A stretch of 64,000 nucleotides of DNA from an uncultured Solirubrobacterales bacterium (GCA_963709205.1 CAVPVP010000001.1:100570-164569), one strand, 5' to 3'; shown: positions 1 through 12,741, counted from the first letter of the stretch. Notes: generated from the sequence alone by a model not told the origin. Made by a program: numbers and translations.

Positions 1-1766
<1,766 letters not shown>

Positions 1767-1827
1767 CGGCGGGCTGAACTTACGCCTGTCACGCCGCGGG
1801 ATCGTCGCGCTGGCGTAGGATCCGCGC

Positions 1828-2775
1828 GTGCTCGCTTCGGTTGACCACGTCGAGGTGACGGTGGTGATCGACAACTTCCTCGACTTGCTGATGGCAGGGG
1901 AGGAGGGCGTCGTTCGCTACCAAACGCGGGACTTGGGAGCGGCAGAACAGTTGGTTGCCGAGCATGGTTTCTCCGCGTTGGTCACTGTCGAACGGCACGG
2001 TGACCGAAGCACTGTGCTCTACGACGCCGGCCTTTCGCCGCACGCCGTGGCCCGCAACCTCGACGTGCTTCAGGTGCCGGTGGACGACCTGCGTGCGATC
2101 GTCATCTCGCACGGCCACGCTGATCATCACGGCGGCCTTGAGGGGCTGCTCCGCCGTCGGGGCCGCTCGCGGTTGCCGCTGTTGATTCATCCCGATGCTT
2201 GGCGCGAACGAAGAATCGCCTTTCCCGCGGGCGGCGAACTGCGGCTGCCGCCGCCGAGCCGTCACGACCTTGAGGCCGAGGGCCTTGAGGTGGTCGAGGA
2301 GCGCGCGCACAGCCTCCTGCTCGATGGCGCCGTTCTTGTCTCCGGACAGGTCGAGCGGGTAACCGAGTTCGAGACTGGGTTTCCGATCCACGAGGCGCGG
2401 GACGGCGACGATTGGCAGCCCGATCCGATGATCTGGGACGACCAAGCACTCGTCGTCAATGTGCGCGGTCGCGGCTTGGTGATCATCTCCGGCTGCTCGC
2501 ACGCGGGCGTGATCAACGTCGTGCGCCACGCTCAACGTCTGACCGGTGAGGCCCGCATCGCTGGTCTTATCGGTGGCCTACATCTCACCGGCGGACTGTT
2601 CGAGGCGCGCATCGAGCCAACGGTCGACGCGTTGCGCGCCGCCGGGGTTGGTCGCGTCCTGCCCGCGCACTGCTCGGGCTGGAGGGCGGTCCACACCATC
2701 GCCCGCGCCATGCCCGAGGCCTTCGTCCAGTGCGCGGTGGGAACGACCGTGATGTTCGACGCCTCGCCCGGGTAG
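1828..2775 (+). CDS. MBL-fold metallo-hydrolase (MJ0448/dihydropterin-synthase-like group)
   Basis: AEHGFS, SHGHADHHGG, GCSHAG, GGLHL and PAHCSG motifs. Confidence 0.85.
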   Translation: MLASVDHVEVTVVIDNFLDLLMAGEEGVVRYQTRDLGAAEQLVAEHGFSALVTVERHGDRSTVLYDAGLSPHAVARNLDVLQVPVDDLRAIVISHGHADHHGGLEGLLRRRGRSRLPLLIHPDAWRERRIAFPAGGELRLPPPSRHDLEAEGLEVVEERAHSLLLDGAVLVSGQVERVTEFETGFPIHEARDGDDWQPDPMIWDDQALVVNVRGRGLVIISGCSHAGVINVVRHAQRLTGEARIAGLIGGLHLTGGLFEARIEPTVDALRAAGVGRVLPAHCSGWRAVHTIARAMPEAFVQCAVGTTVMFDASPG

Positions 2776-3063
2776 CACCCAAGCCGAACCAACGGATTAG
2801 GCGAACCAGGCCGGCCAGCGCGTCTACCAGGGTGTAGGCGAAGGTCTCACGGGCGCGAGATGCCGGCGCGGGGAGGAGTGTCTCCGCTTGTAGGTGCCTA
2901 GGTAGTTCGAGCTGGCCGGTCTGGCGTGTCCTTCGATTCAAGCGCGTCGGGGGGCGGCGTCGCGCCCACAGGCAATCCACAGCGGACCCCAAGTGGGATG
3001 ACAGCGGCGCCGACCAAAGTGCGGTTTGCAATCCGAGAGCGACCAGATTGGAGCGCAGTAAGA

Positions 3064-3873
3064 ATGAAGACCGATAACGAAACGGCTCGTCCGGAGCGTG
3101 GGGTGTCGGCTCGACGGAAGCGTGGCCATGTCGGGCGACGGTGGCATGTATTGAGCAGGCGGCGGCTCGGGGCCACGGTCGGGTTGATCGTTCCCGTGCT
3201 CGGGCTCGGGGTCGGAGTCGCGGCCTGCGGTGGTACATCGAGCTCGCAGGCCGCCACGACCACATCGAGCACCGCGGTGAGCACCTCTGGTTCGGGCGGG
3301 TTTGCCGGCGGCGCCGGTTCCGGCGGGGGGTCTAACGCGAGGTCGACGAACGCACCGGGCGGATCGGTCGGCACCGTGAACGGCGTGTCCTCCCAGAGCT
3401 TCACGCTGTCGACCCCGACCGGCGAGAAGGTGACCGTCAAGGAGAGTTCATCGACGGTGTACAACGACGGCACGCGCTCGTCCTCGGCGAGCGCCATCAG
3501 CAAGGGCGAGGCGGTCCTCGTGTTCGGCAAGGTCGACAGCACGACGATTACTGCTACTCAGGTCATCGTGCAGCCGGCGATCAACCTCAAGCAGGCCTCG
3601 TCGAACGTGATCGCGTTCAGCCAGGGTACGCAGGGTAAGTCCAAGAGCGTGGGTCAGATCCCGACGGACTACACGCAGGGGTCCGGCACGCTAGTCAGTG
3701 GAACGAACGCGACCAAGGCCACTGAGGCCGCCTTGGCGTCCTACGCGGGCGGCGTCGTTGATCGTGTTGTGCAGCTGAGCAACGGTGATTACGAAGTGCA
3801 CATGATCGGTGTCAGCTGGCCGCATCACGTTTTCGTTAATCAAGCGTTCAAGGTGATCGGTGCCAACGACTAG
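3064..3873 (+). CDS. Lipoprotein with DUF5666-like OB repeat and C-terminal PepSY-like segment
   Basis: Lipobox VAAC after a hydrophobic stretch; S/T/G-rich linker; GTVNGVSSQSFTL...ITATQVIV repeat; start uncertain. Confidence 0.6.
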   Translation: MKTDNETARPERGVSARRKRGHVGRRWHVLSRRRLGATVGLIVPVLGLGVGVAACGGTSSSQAATTTSSTAVSTSGSGGFAGGAGSGGGSNARSTNAPGGSVGTVNGVSSQSFTLSTPTGEKVTVKESSSTVYNDGTRSSSASAISKGEAVLVFGKVDSTTITATQVIVQPAINLKQASSNVIAFSQGTQGKSKSVGQIPTDYTQGSGTLVSGTNATKATEAALASYAGGVVDRVVQLSNGDYEVHMIGVSWPHHVFVNQAFKVIGAND

Positions 3874-3970
3874 GTTGGCGTACTGGAAATGCGGGTCGGT
3901 GGTGGCCGCGAGTGTGTTTCGCGGCCAGCTCGCGTCTGGCTCGAGCGCGCGGGCCACGGACCAGGCCGTG

Positions 3971-5404
3971 CTAGCCGAGTGGCAGCACGATCTCGAAGCG
4001 TGCCCCCTGTCCGGGGCGCGGGGTTACGGTCGCGGTACCGCCGTGGGCCTCGGCGATCGTTTTGACGATCGCGAGTCCGAGGCCGCTTCCCTCGGTTCGA
4101 GGAGCCGCGTCGCCGCTGCCTGGCGGGGTGCCGCGATAGAAGCGCTCGAACACGTGCTCGATCTGGTCGGGGTCGATCCCCGGGCCCGTATCGACAACCG
4201 ATAAGACGGCCATGCCATCGCGGACGCTGGCCTCGACCCGGACCGGGGCATCGGCGGGGGTGTGGACCTGCGCATTCTCGAGAAGGTTGCCCACGATCTG
4301 CCGGAGGCGAGGCTCATCGCCGTTCACGATCACCGGATGGCCGGCGTCGACGCTGATCGGTCGCCCCGGATCGCGCGCCTGCGCGTCCTCGACCGCGTCG
4401 CGCGCAATCTTCGCCAGGTCGGTGCTGGCCCTTGCGAGTGGTTGCTGCTCATCGAGGCGGGCGAGGAGCAGGAGATCGTCGATAAGTCCGGCCATGCGCG
4501 TCGCCTCGGATTCGATGCGTGAGATCGACTTCTCGAGATCCTCGGGACGGTGCCGGGCGCCCCGCCGCAGCAGCGCCGCGTACCCGCGGATCGACGTCAG
4601 TGGCGTGCGCAGCTCGTGAGATGCGCTTGAGACAAACCGTCGCAACTGCGCCTCCGAGCGGTCTCGGCGCGCGAACGCGTCCTCGAGCCTCTCGAGCATC
4701 CCGTTGAGCGCCAGGCCCAGCCGTCCGATCTCGCTGCCGTCCTCCGCCGGGGAGAGCCGCACGTCTAGGTCCCCCTGCGCGATCCCTCCGGCGATCTGGG
4801 AGATCCGCTCCAGCGGTCGGAGTCCCCTTCGCAACAGCCAGAACGTGGCTATGGCGAGCACGGCCAGCAGTGATGCGGCGATCAGCAACTCTACGAGCAG
4901 AAGACGGTGGAGCGTCGCGTTGACGTCATCGAGGGAGACGGCCACGATCAGCACATCGGCAGAGGCCGGCAACGAGCTGACCAGCACGCGGTAGCGCCCC
5001 GTTCCGCTTGCCGCGGGCGTGTCAAACGACAGCGCCTGCTCGCGTGACGGGAAGCCCGCCGTGGGCGCCGGGGGCGGATGCAGCACCGCGGGCAGACGGG
5101 GCTCCGGGCTCGAGCCGCTCAGTGAGGTTGGACGATGTACGGCGAGGACTCGCCCGGCGGAGTTGCGGACCTCGACGAAGGCGACCGGCGGGGCGACCCG
5201 GTCCAGCGTCGTCGAGTCGATGGTGCTCCCGGGGGATTCGCGCAGACTCCGTCCGACCGTCGCCCGGGTCGCCATCAGTTGCTGGTTGACGCGGTCAAGC
5301 AGGAACGAGCGCAACGCCAGATAGGTCCCGCCGCCCGCGGCGAGCAGACCGACGGCGGTCATCACCAGCACGCCCCCCAGCAACCGGGTGCGGAGCGACA
5401 TCAA
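3971..5404 (-). CDS. Two-component sensor histidine kinase (2 TM, HAMP, HisKA, HATPase)
   Basis: SHELRTPL H-box, NLLENA N-box, DTGPGI, GSGLGL. Confidence 0.95.
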   Translation of the reverse strand: MMSLRTRLLGGVLVMTAVGLLAAGGGTYLALRSFLLDRVNQQLMATRATVGRSLRESPGSTIDSTTLDRVAPPVAFVEVRNSAGRVLAVHRPTSLSGSSPEPRLPAVLHPPPAPTAGFPSREQALSFDTPAASGTGRYRVLVSSLPASADVLIVAVSLDDVNATLHRLLLVELLIAASLLAVLAIATFWLLRRGLRPLERISQIAGGIAQGDLDVRLSPAEDGSEIGRLGLALNGMLERLEDAFARRDRSEAQLRRFVSSASHELRTPLTSIRGYAALLRRGARHRPEDLEKSISRIESEATRMAGLIDDLLLLARLDEQQPLARASTDLAKIARDAVEDAQARDPGRPISVDAGHPVIVNGDEPRLRQIVGNLLENAQVHTPADAPVRVEASVRDGMAVLSVVDTGPGIDPDQIEHVFERFYRGTPPGSGDAAPRTEGSGLGLAIVKTIAEAHGGTATVTPRPGQGARFEIVLPLG

Positions 5405-6102
5405 CCCTGCGGGGAGCGCAGCGTATAGCCGAACCCGCGCACCGTCTGGATCAGCGGCGGTTCCTCGGCGTCGATCTTCTTGCGCAGGTAGCTGATGAAC
5501 GTCTCGACCACGTTGCCGTCGCCACCGAAGTCGTACTCCCAGACGTGATCGAGTATCTGCGCCTTGGACAGCACCCGGCCGGCGTTCAGCATCAGAAATC
5601 GCAGGAGCCGAAACTCGGTCGGGGTCAGTGAGATCTGACGGGGCCCGCGGGAGACCTCGAGCCGATCCTCGTCCAGCACGAGGTCGGCATACCGAAGCAC
5701 CCCGGACGTCGGCTGCCGCGCCGCGAGGTTATTGCGCCGGACTATCGCCCTAACCCGCGCAATCAGCTCGTCAAGACTGAACGGCTTGGCAATGTAGTCA
5801 TCCCCGCCGACCGTCAACCCCGCAATCTTGTCCTCGGTGGCATCCCTGGCCGTCAGAAAGATCACCGGTATCCAAAGGTTCTCCGCCCGCATCCGACGCA
5901 CGACCTCCAGACCGTCGATGTCCGGCATCCTCACGTCGAGGATCACCACCTCCGGCTTGAGCTCGCGAACGGCTCGCAGCGCCCCCCGACCGTCATGAGC
6001 GCTGCTCACGTCGAACCCCTCATACCGCAGCCCGAGCGACACGAGCTCGGTGATGTTCGGCTCGTCGTCGACCACCAGCACCCGGGTGCGATCCTCGCTC
6101 AA
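5401..6102 (-). CDS. OmpR-family response regulator
   Basis: VLVVDDE, LDVRMP, DDYIAKPF, winged helix ending IQTVRGFGY; 4-bp overlap with the kinase; start estimated at TTG 6102. Confidence 0.92.
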   Translation of the reverse strand: MSEDRTRVLVVDDEPNITELVSLGLRYEGFDVSSAHDGRGALRAVRELKPEVVILDVRMPDIDGLEVVRRMRAENLWIPVIFLTARDATEDKIAGLTVGGDDYIAKPFSLDELIARVRAIVRRNNLAARQPTSGVLRYADLVLDEDRLEVSRGPRQISLTPTEFRLLRFLMLNAGRVLSKAQILDHVWEYDFGGDGNVVETFISYLRKKIDAEEPPLIQTVRGFGYTLRSPQG

Positions 6103-6264
6103 AGACGCCCCTGACAAACTCACCGCCGTAGCTTGGCAGCCGAACCTGTGGATTAGCTGTGAAAGCCACCGATCCGGCTTACCGGCACGACCGGACCTGC
6201 TTCCCGGCCGGGACGGGCACCAGGGTCGCGCTCCTGCGCCCGGCTGCTTGCGAAACTGGGGCGC

Positions 6265-6837
6265 ATGGCGCAACCGAGGCTGCATACCGAGCGGTTGGTT
6301 CTCGTGCCGCTGGCCGATGAGCATCTCCCGTTCGAGATCGAGTTGGACTCCGATCCCGAAGTCATGAGGTACATCACCGGCCGAGCTGTCTCATCTGTCG
6401 AAGTCGAGCAAGCGCACCAGCGGCGGCTCGCCGCCGCCAACGAGGTGCCTGGTCTAGGGTTTTGGGCGGGTTTCGCGGAGGACGATTTCGTCGGCTGGTG
6501 GATTCTGCGGCCGCCGAACGGACCGGATCAGCCGAGAGTCGCCGGCGAGGCCGATCTCGGCTACCGGCTGCTGCGGCGGCACTGGCGCCACGGATACGCC
6601 AGCGAGGGTGCGCGAGCATTGGTCCGCTACGGCTTCGAAGAGGTTGGCCTCGATCGTATCTTCGCTCAGACCATGGCAACCAACGCTGCGTCACGGGCCA
6701 CCATGGCCGCCGTCGGCCTGACCTTTGCCCGGGCGTTCATCTCCGGTGAGCCGTACGCCGATCTGGTCCCGGGCGCCGAGCAGGGCGAAGTCGAGTATGA
6801 GCTCACAAGAGCGACGTGGCTGCATCGCTCAGGGTGA
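6265..6837 (+). CDS. GNAT N-acetyltransferase (RimJ/RimL type)
   Basis: LHTERLVL start, LGYRLLRRHWRHGYASEGA, NAASRATM. Confidence 0.9.
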   Translation: MAQPRLHTERLVLVPLADEHLPFEIELDSDPEVMRYITGRAVSSVEVEQAHQRRLAAANEVPGLGFWAGFAEDDFVGWWILRPPNGPDQPRVAGEADLGYRLLRRHWRHGYASEGARALVRYGFEEVGLDRIFAQTMATNAASRATMAAVGLTFARAFISGEPYADLVPGAEQGEVEYELTRATWLHRSG

Positions 6838-7153
6838 GTCGGTCCGACCGAACGGGGTTCTTGAACGATTCTGCGTCTCGTAGCGACGGTTACGCGGGAG
6901 CGCCGCGTTGAACACCGACAGCGTCGGCTCTAGCCGAGCCAGCTCTGGTCGGCCAGGAAGCCCCATACGGGTGCACTGGTAGTTACGCAGGCGACTCGAC
7001 ACCAGATCGACCTCTCGTAGGTTCACCGTCGGCAACGTTGACCCCGCCGTCCACCACTTCAGCCACAAGCGCATGGGAGCCACGCCTTGCCGACGATTTC
7101 ATCGACCCTCCGGCGGAATAGACGGCGGCGCCCCTGGGTGTTGTCGGCGGCTC

Positions 7154-8040
7154 CTAGGCCATTGGGATCTCGCGGCCAAAGGTCTCCAGGGTGATCGCGT
7201 CGGGCTCGGGGCCACCGCGGCGGCCGGTGTCCAGGTCGTCGATCGCGGCCATCTCGTCGGCGGAGAGCTCGAAGTCGAACACGTCGATGTTCTCTGCGAT
7301 GCGGATGGGCTTGGTGGACTTCGGAATGACCGAGCGTCCGTGCTGCAGACCCCAGCGCAGCATCACCTGCGCGGGAGTCTTGCCGTGGGCTCTGGCGATG
7401 TCTCCGATGACTGGGTCGTCGAGGGTGCTGCCGTGGCTGCCGTCGCGGTAGAAGGTGATGCCGCCGATCGGTGACCAAGCCTGGGTGAGGATGCCGTGCT
7501 CGGCGCCGAAGTCCTGCACGTCCCGCTGCTGGAAGTAGGGGTGGCACTCGATCTGGTTGACCGCCGGCACCACCGTGGCGCGATCGAGCAGCGGCGGTGA
7601 GGTGCTCGACCATGAAGTTGCTGACCCCGATCGCGCGGACCTTGCCGTCCGCCAGCAGCGTCTCCAGGGCACGGTAGGCCTCCAGGGTCCGGTCGAACGC
7701 CGACGGCAGCGCCTGGTGCAGGATCAGCAGATCGATCTGGTCGACGCCGAGCTTGCCGGCGCTCTTCTCGAAGGCGTGCAGCGTCTCGTCGTATCCGTAG
7801 TCGCTGATCCAGACCTTGGTCTCCAGGAAGACCTCCGAGCGGTCCAGGCCGGAGCTGTGCACGGCTTCGCCGACCTCGCGCTCGTTGCCGTACGCCGCCG
7901 CGGTGTCGATGAGCCGGTACCCCACGTCGAGCGCGGCGCGGACCGCGTCCCGGGTCTCGTCGGGGGGCGTCTGGAAGACGCCGAGGCCGAGGGCGGGCAT
8001 CGGGACGCCGTTGTTCAGTTCCAGGCGGGGTCGGGGTCAT
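7154..8040 (-). pseudogene. Aldo/keto reductase (DkgA-like), two frameshifts
   Basis: ELNNGVPMPALGLGVFQ, IDTAAAYGNE, IGVSNF; frame change near 7595 to VNQIECHPY...VIPKS; second shift near 8025. Confidence 0.8.
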
Positions 8041-8085
8041 GGTCGGGTTCGTTCCTCTCGTGTCGGGTTGTCGCGGGTGTTCGGC

Positions 8086-8823
8086 TCACAGCGCCTGCGC
8101 GGTGGGGCGGACGAGGATCTCGTTGAGCGACACGCTGCGCGGCCGCGAGACGGCGAAGGCGATGATCTCGGCGATGTCCTCGGCGCTGATCGCGGTCGCC
8201 TCGTACATCTGCTCGGCGGCCGCCTTGGTCTCGGCGTGGGTGATGTGGTCGGTGAGCTCGGTGGCGACCGCGCCGGGCTCGATCACGATCACGCGCACGT
8301 CGGGCTGCAGCTGCTGGCGCAGCGATTCCGACCAGCCGTTCATCCCCCACTTGGTCGCGGCGTAGACCGCGTTCCCGGCACGGGCGGTCCGGCCGGCCAC
8401 CGAGGAGAGGTTGATCAGGTCACCGCCGCCGCCGGCGAGGAGCTGATCGAGGAACACCTCGGTCGTCGTGATCGCGCCCAGCAGGTTGGTCTCGATCATC
8501 CGGCGGTAGTCGTCGGAGAGCTCGGCGGAGAACGGTCCGAGCAGCATCACGCCGGCGTTGTTGACCAGGATGTCGGCGCCGCCGAGCTCGTCCTGGACGC
8601 GCTGCGCGGCGGCGACGATCGAGTCGCGGTCGGTGACGTCGGCCTCGATCGCGATGGCGCCGTCGCCGAGCTCCTCGGCCAGCGCCTGGATGCGATCCAG
8701 GCGCCGGGCCAGCAGCGCGACGCGATGACCGTCGGCGGCCAGCGCGCGGGCGGTCGCCTCGCCGATGCCCGACGAGGCGCCGGTGATGACCGCGACGCGA
8801 CCGATGGTGTTCTCAGTACTCAT
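8086..8823 (-). CDS. SDR family oxidoreductase (YdfG-like)
   Basis: TGASSGIG, NNAG, YAATK. Confidence 0.93.
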   Translation of the reverse strand: MSTENTIGRVAVITGASSGIGEATARALAADGHRVALLARRLDRIQALAEELGDGAIAIEADVTDRDSIVAAAQRVQDELGGADILVNNAGVMLLGPFSAELSDDYRRMIETNLLGAITTTEVFLDQLLAGGGGDLINLSSVAGRTARAGNAVYAATKWGMNGWSESLRQQLQPDVRVIVIEPGAVATELTDHITHAETKAAAEQMYEATAISAEDIAEIIAFAVSRPRSVSLNEILVRPTAQAL

Positions 8824-8963
8824 GTCGGTGTCCTCTCCGGCATTGAAGTCGTGCGGGGCTGGCTTTTACTGTGGCAGCGATCGTCGAGATCTGAGAGGCC
8901 CTGTCAGGGGGGTACTGACAGGACACCCCACCGCGCACGGGTCCGTGCGTACAGTCGCAGACC

Positions 8964-9684
8964 ATGGACGCGACAGGCGAGCTCTCGCAGTTCCTGACCT
9001 CGAGGCGCGGCCAGGGTCTACGCGCCGGAGCCGGCACGGCCGGCGCTCCGACCGTTCGAGCCTCGCCGACGTACGGAGCCCGAGCGCGCCCTCTTCGCGG
9101 CGCCGGCGCGGTCCGATCGGGCAGCGCGTCCGGCCGGTCCTGCAGCGCATCCTCGACAGCATCAGCGCGCCGGCGACCGTGAGCAACATGCGCGGTGACT
9201 ACCTGGCCGCCAACCAGCTCGGCCGCGCCCTGTACGCGCCGCTGTTCGACAGCCTCGAGCAGCCACCCAGCAGTGCGCGCTTCACCTTCCTCGATTCCAC
9301 CGCCCAGGAGTTCTTCCTCGACTGGGAAAAGGCGGCGAAAGATCTCGTCGCAGCGTTGCGCTCCCAGGCCGGGCGCAACCCCTACGACCGCGCGCTCTCC
9401 GATCTCGTCGGCGAACTCTCGACCCGCAGCGACGCCTTCCGCACCTGGTGGGCGGCGCACAACGTCCGCTACCACGCGACGCGGGCACTAAACGACTGCA
9501 CCATCCTGGCGTCGGCGAGCTCGAGCTGAGCTACGAGGTGATGGACCTCTCAGCCGACGCCGGACTGCGCCTGGCGGTCTTCACCGCCGAACCTGGCAGC
9601 CGCTCCGAGCAGGCCCTCAACCTCCTCGCCAGCTGGACAGCCACGCCGCGCCCACCTGCTCTACGGCGAGTGGCTTCGACGTGA
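8964..9684 (+). pseudogene. MmyB-family (XRE-HTH plus PAS-like) regulator, degraded
   Basis: SQFLTSRR start, HTH missing, then RVRPVLQRILD...DLVGELSTRSDAFRTWWAAHNVR; frameshift to KRLHHPGVGELELSYE...LLASW; divergent from the SDR, as is typical. Confidence 0.75.
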
Positions 9685-9794
9685 GCGCCCGTCGCCTACC
9701 ACCTGCGCAAGGAGTTCTCGAACCCGGCATAACCTCGCGCAACCAACTCGCACGCGCGCTGCCCGGGAGCGCGACTGCAGGTCAGGTGGCCTAA
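9647..9794 (+). pseudogene. Remnant of a large LuxR (LAL-type) regulator C-terminus
   Basis: Fragments RAHLLYGEWLRRER, YHLRK.FS and GITSRNQLARALP in shifting frames. Confidence 0.6.
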
Positions 9795-9875
9795 CCGTCC
9801 GCCCGCCGAGCCTGCATCTGAGCTGATGGCCGCGCCCCGCTCGGGACTGGTGGTGGTTTTTGAGAGGATCGGGCC

Positions 9876-11978
9876 GTGACCGACGCCACCATCAGCTTCC
9901 CGCGCCAGAACGCCCGCACCGTCGGGTTCTCCCTGGGCGTTCCGCACGCCTTCGCGATCGCTCCGGACGGCAACCGCGTCGCCTTCCTGCGGGCGCGCTC
10001 GGGCACCGACCGCAGCACCGGCCTGTGGCTACGTGACATCGCCACAGCCGCGGAGCGGCTGGTTGCCGACGCAGAGGACCTGCTCTCCGGCTCCGAGGAG
10101 CACCTCCCGCCCGAAGAGCGAGCGCGGCGGGAGCGCACCCGCCAGGCCGCGGCGGGTGTGGTGTCCTTCGCGGCCGACGAGAGCGTGCGGATCGCGGCGT
10201 TCGCGCTTTCCGGGCGGCTGTTCGTGGCCGATCTGGCCGATCTGGACGGCGCCCGTGTGCGAGAGCTGGTGGTGCCGGGGCCGGTGCTCGACCCGCGTCC
10301 GGACCCGACGGGAGCCAACATCGGGTACGTGGCGGACGGGGCGCTCCGCGTGGTAGCCACCGACGGCGCGGGTGACCGGGCGCTGGCCGTGCCGGAGGCC
10401 GAGAACGTGACCTACGGCCTGGCCGAGTTCGTGGCGGCCGAGGAGATGTACCGGACCCGCGGTTTCTGGTGGTCACCCGACGGACGGCACCTGCTGGTGG
10501 CCCGAGTGGACACTACGCCGGTGGCCCGCTGGCACGTGTCGGATCCGGCCCACCCGGACCGCGCGCCCGTGGAGGTCGCCTACCCACGGGCGGGGACCGC
10601 GAACGCCGACGTCAGCGTCGTACTCGCCGGGCTGGACGGAAACCTGACGCCCGTGTGCTGGGACTCCTCTGACGCGCCTTACCTGACCTCAGTGCACTGG
10701 TCGCGCGGCGGGCCCGCGCTGTTGCAGGTGGCCTCGCGCGACCAGCGAACGATGCGGGTGTTGGCCGTGGCCGAGGACGGCACGGTCGAGCGGATCTGTG
10801 AGGACACTGACCCAGACTGGGTCGACGTGATCGTCGGCACTCCCGCCTGGACGCCGGGCGGCGACCTGGTCCGGGTGGTGGCCAGAGACGGCGCGTACCG
10901 GCTGATGATCGGCGAGGACCCGGTCACGCCGGTGAGCCTGAACGTCGCCAGCGTCCTCGACGTCGGTGACGACGTGCTGTTCACCGCCACCGGGCAAGAT
11001 CCGGCCGAGCTGCACGTCTACACCGGTAGTCCGACCAGCACCGTCCGCGTGACCCGCGACCCCGGCATGCACGAGGCCGCCCGGCGCGGGGACCTCGTGG
11101 TCACGTCATCGCGGTCGCTCGGCTGGTTCGGCTCTCGGGTGCAGGTCTGGCGGGGCGGCGAGCAGAACGGGGAGATCGCGTCGCTCGCAGAGACCCCGGT
11201 ACTCACCCCGGAGGTCACGTTCCTAACCGTCGGCGCTCATGAGCTGCGGTGCGCGCTGGTGCTGCCGCGCGGGCACCAGCGCGGCTCGGCCCGGCTGCCG
11301 GTGCTGTGCGACCCCTATGGCGGCCCCGCCGCGAGGCGCGTGGTCTCCGCACGCAACGCATACCTGACGCCGCAGTGGCTCGCCGACCAGGGCTTCGCCG
11401 TGCTGATCGCCGACGGCCGGGGCACGCCCGGCCGTGGGCCCGATTGGGACCGGTCAATCCACTACGACGAGGCCGGACCGAACCTGGAGGACCAAGTCGA
11501 GGCGTTACACGCTGCCGCCGCAGCGTACCCCGACCTGGACCTAACCCGGGTCGGTATCCGCGGCTGGTCCCACGGCGGTTACCTGGCCGCGCTGGCCGTG
11601 CTGCGGCGCCCGGACGTCTTCCACACGGCGGTGGCCGGTGCGCCAGTCACCGACCAGCGGCTGTATGACACTTTTTATACAGAGCGTTACCTAGGTCTGC
11701 CGGACGACCACCCCTATGCTTACACCTATAACTCGCTGATCGATGATGCGCCGAGGCTGGAGCGCCCGCTCATGCTCATTCACGGGCTGGCCGACGACAA
11801 CGTGGTGGTGGCGCACACGCTGCGGCTCTCGTCGGCGCTCCTGGCCGCCGGGCGGCCGCACACCGTGCTCCCGCTGTCCGGCGTCACCCACATGGCCCGG
11901 CAGGAAGAGGTCGCAGAGAATCTGATGCTGCTCCAGGTGGAGTTCCTCAAGCGCACGCTCGGCATGAGCCCCGGCTAA
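9876..11978 (+). CDS. S9 family dipeptidyl peptidase IV-like peptidase
   Basis: GLAEFVAAEEM, WWSPDG, GWSHGG nucleophile, DDNV, GVTH. Confidence 0.93.
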   Translation: MTDATISFPRQNARTVGFSLGVPHAFAIAPDGNRVAFLRARSGTDRSTGLWLRDIATAAERLVADAEDLLSGSEEHLPPEERARRERTRQAAAGVVSFAADESVRIAAFALSGRLFVADLADLDGARVRELVVPGPVLDPRPDPTGANIGYVADGALRVVATDGAGDRALAVPEAENVTYGLAEFVAAEEMYRTRGFWWSPDGRHLLVARVDTTPVARWHVSDPAHPDRAPVEVAYPRAGTANADVSVVLAGLDGNLTPVCWDSSDAPYLTSVHWSRGGPALLQVASRDQRTMRVLAVAEDGTVERICEDTDPDWVDVIVGTPAWTPGGDLVRVVARDGAYRLMIGEDPVTPVSLNVASVLDVGDDVLFTATGQDPAELHVYTGSPTSTVRVTRDPGMHEAARRGDLVVTSSRSLGWFGSRVQVWRGGEQNGEIASLAETPVLTPEVTFLTVGAHELRCALVLPRGHQRGSARLPVLCDPYGGPAARRVVSARNAYLTPQWLADQGFAVLIADGRGTPGRGPDWDRSIHYDEAGPNLEDQVEALHAAAAAYPDLDLTRVGIRGWSHGGYLAALAVLRRPDVFHTAVAGAPVTDQRLYDTFYTERYLGLPDDHPYAYTYNSLIDDAPRLERPLMLIHGLADDNVVVAHTLRLSSALLAAGRPHTVLPLSGVTHMARQEEVAENLMLLQVEFLKRTLGMSPG

Positions 11979-11979
11979 G

Positions 11980-12204
11980 TCACCGGCCTTGCGTGCGCGC
12001 GTACCGCACGAGGCTACGCAGAAGCCAGAGGTCGAGGGCTAGAAACGGAAGGAAGACGAGTCCCCACCAGTAGCCTTTCACGCACAGGAACACGGTGACG
12101 AAGACGATCCACGGCGCGAGAAGGGCTCGTACGACGATCATCTGTTTGTAGTGCCTACGCGCCCAGTGGCCGCCCCAGCCGACGTTCTGATCGCCTGTCG
12201 TCAT
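11980..12204 (-). CDS. Small hypothetical membrane protein
   Basis: 74-aa ORF with two hydrophobic segments. Confidence 0.5.
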   Translation of the reverse strand: MTTGDQNVGWGGHWARRHYKQMIVVRALLAPWIVFVTVFLCVKGYWWGLVFLPFLALDLWLLRSLVRYARTQGR

Positions 12205-12219
12205 TTCAGCCTCAATAAG

Positions 12220-12666
12220 CTACAGACTCGAGTGACCCGAGCCCGGTGAGCGCAGGGTGCTGGGGGTGAGTGCTGCGACGAGCCCGGCCTGGTCCTCGGC
12301 ACTCACGATCAGCCGACGCATCGGGACCCGGAACGGACCCAGGCGCACCGGCTTTGGCTGATCCAATGTGATCTCGACCAGGCCGGTACCGGCGCCATTG
12401 ACAAGAGCGGTACCTCGCCAGTAGTTGACTCCGCGGAGAACGCTGAGTCCCAAAGGACCCCGCAGTTCGCTCAGGCCGCCGTTCAGTGGCCGGACAGATG
12501 CGACGGCCTCGCGGGGGATCCTGGCTTGAAATGCCCACCCAAGGCGAACGTCGACCGTTGAAGGACTCACCGTCACGCGCGAGACGTTCGGACCGGCGCC
12601 GAGCACCGTCATAGGGATGCGGCTGGGTCGATCGAACGTGATCGGGAACGTCGTCGTGGTGTCCAT
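12220..12666 (-). CDS. Hypothetical protein (bacterial PH-like)
   Basis: RBS GAGGAG; VRLGWAFQARIPRE...LVNG...LVEITL...RLIVSAED pattern seen in actinobacterial proteins. Confidence 0.65.
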   Translation of the reverse strand: MDTTTTFPITFDRPSRIPMTVLGAGPNVSRVTVSPSTVDVRLGWAFQARIPREAVASVRPLNGGLSELRGPLGLSVLRGVNYWRGTALVNGAGTGLVEITLDQPKPVRLGPFRVPMRRLIVSAEDQAGLVAALTPSTLRSPGSGHSSL

Positions 12667-12741
12667 GATCGCTCCTCAGGAGGCATTAACCGGTATCCGC
12701 ATGATATCACGCGTCTACAGCTGTCAAGACATGCGAGCAGG

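Noticed and set aside
6829-7083. 84-aa minus-strand ORF
   Set aside because: No recognisable motif or RBS; possibly a fragment, not supportable.
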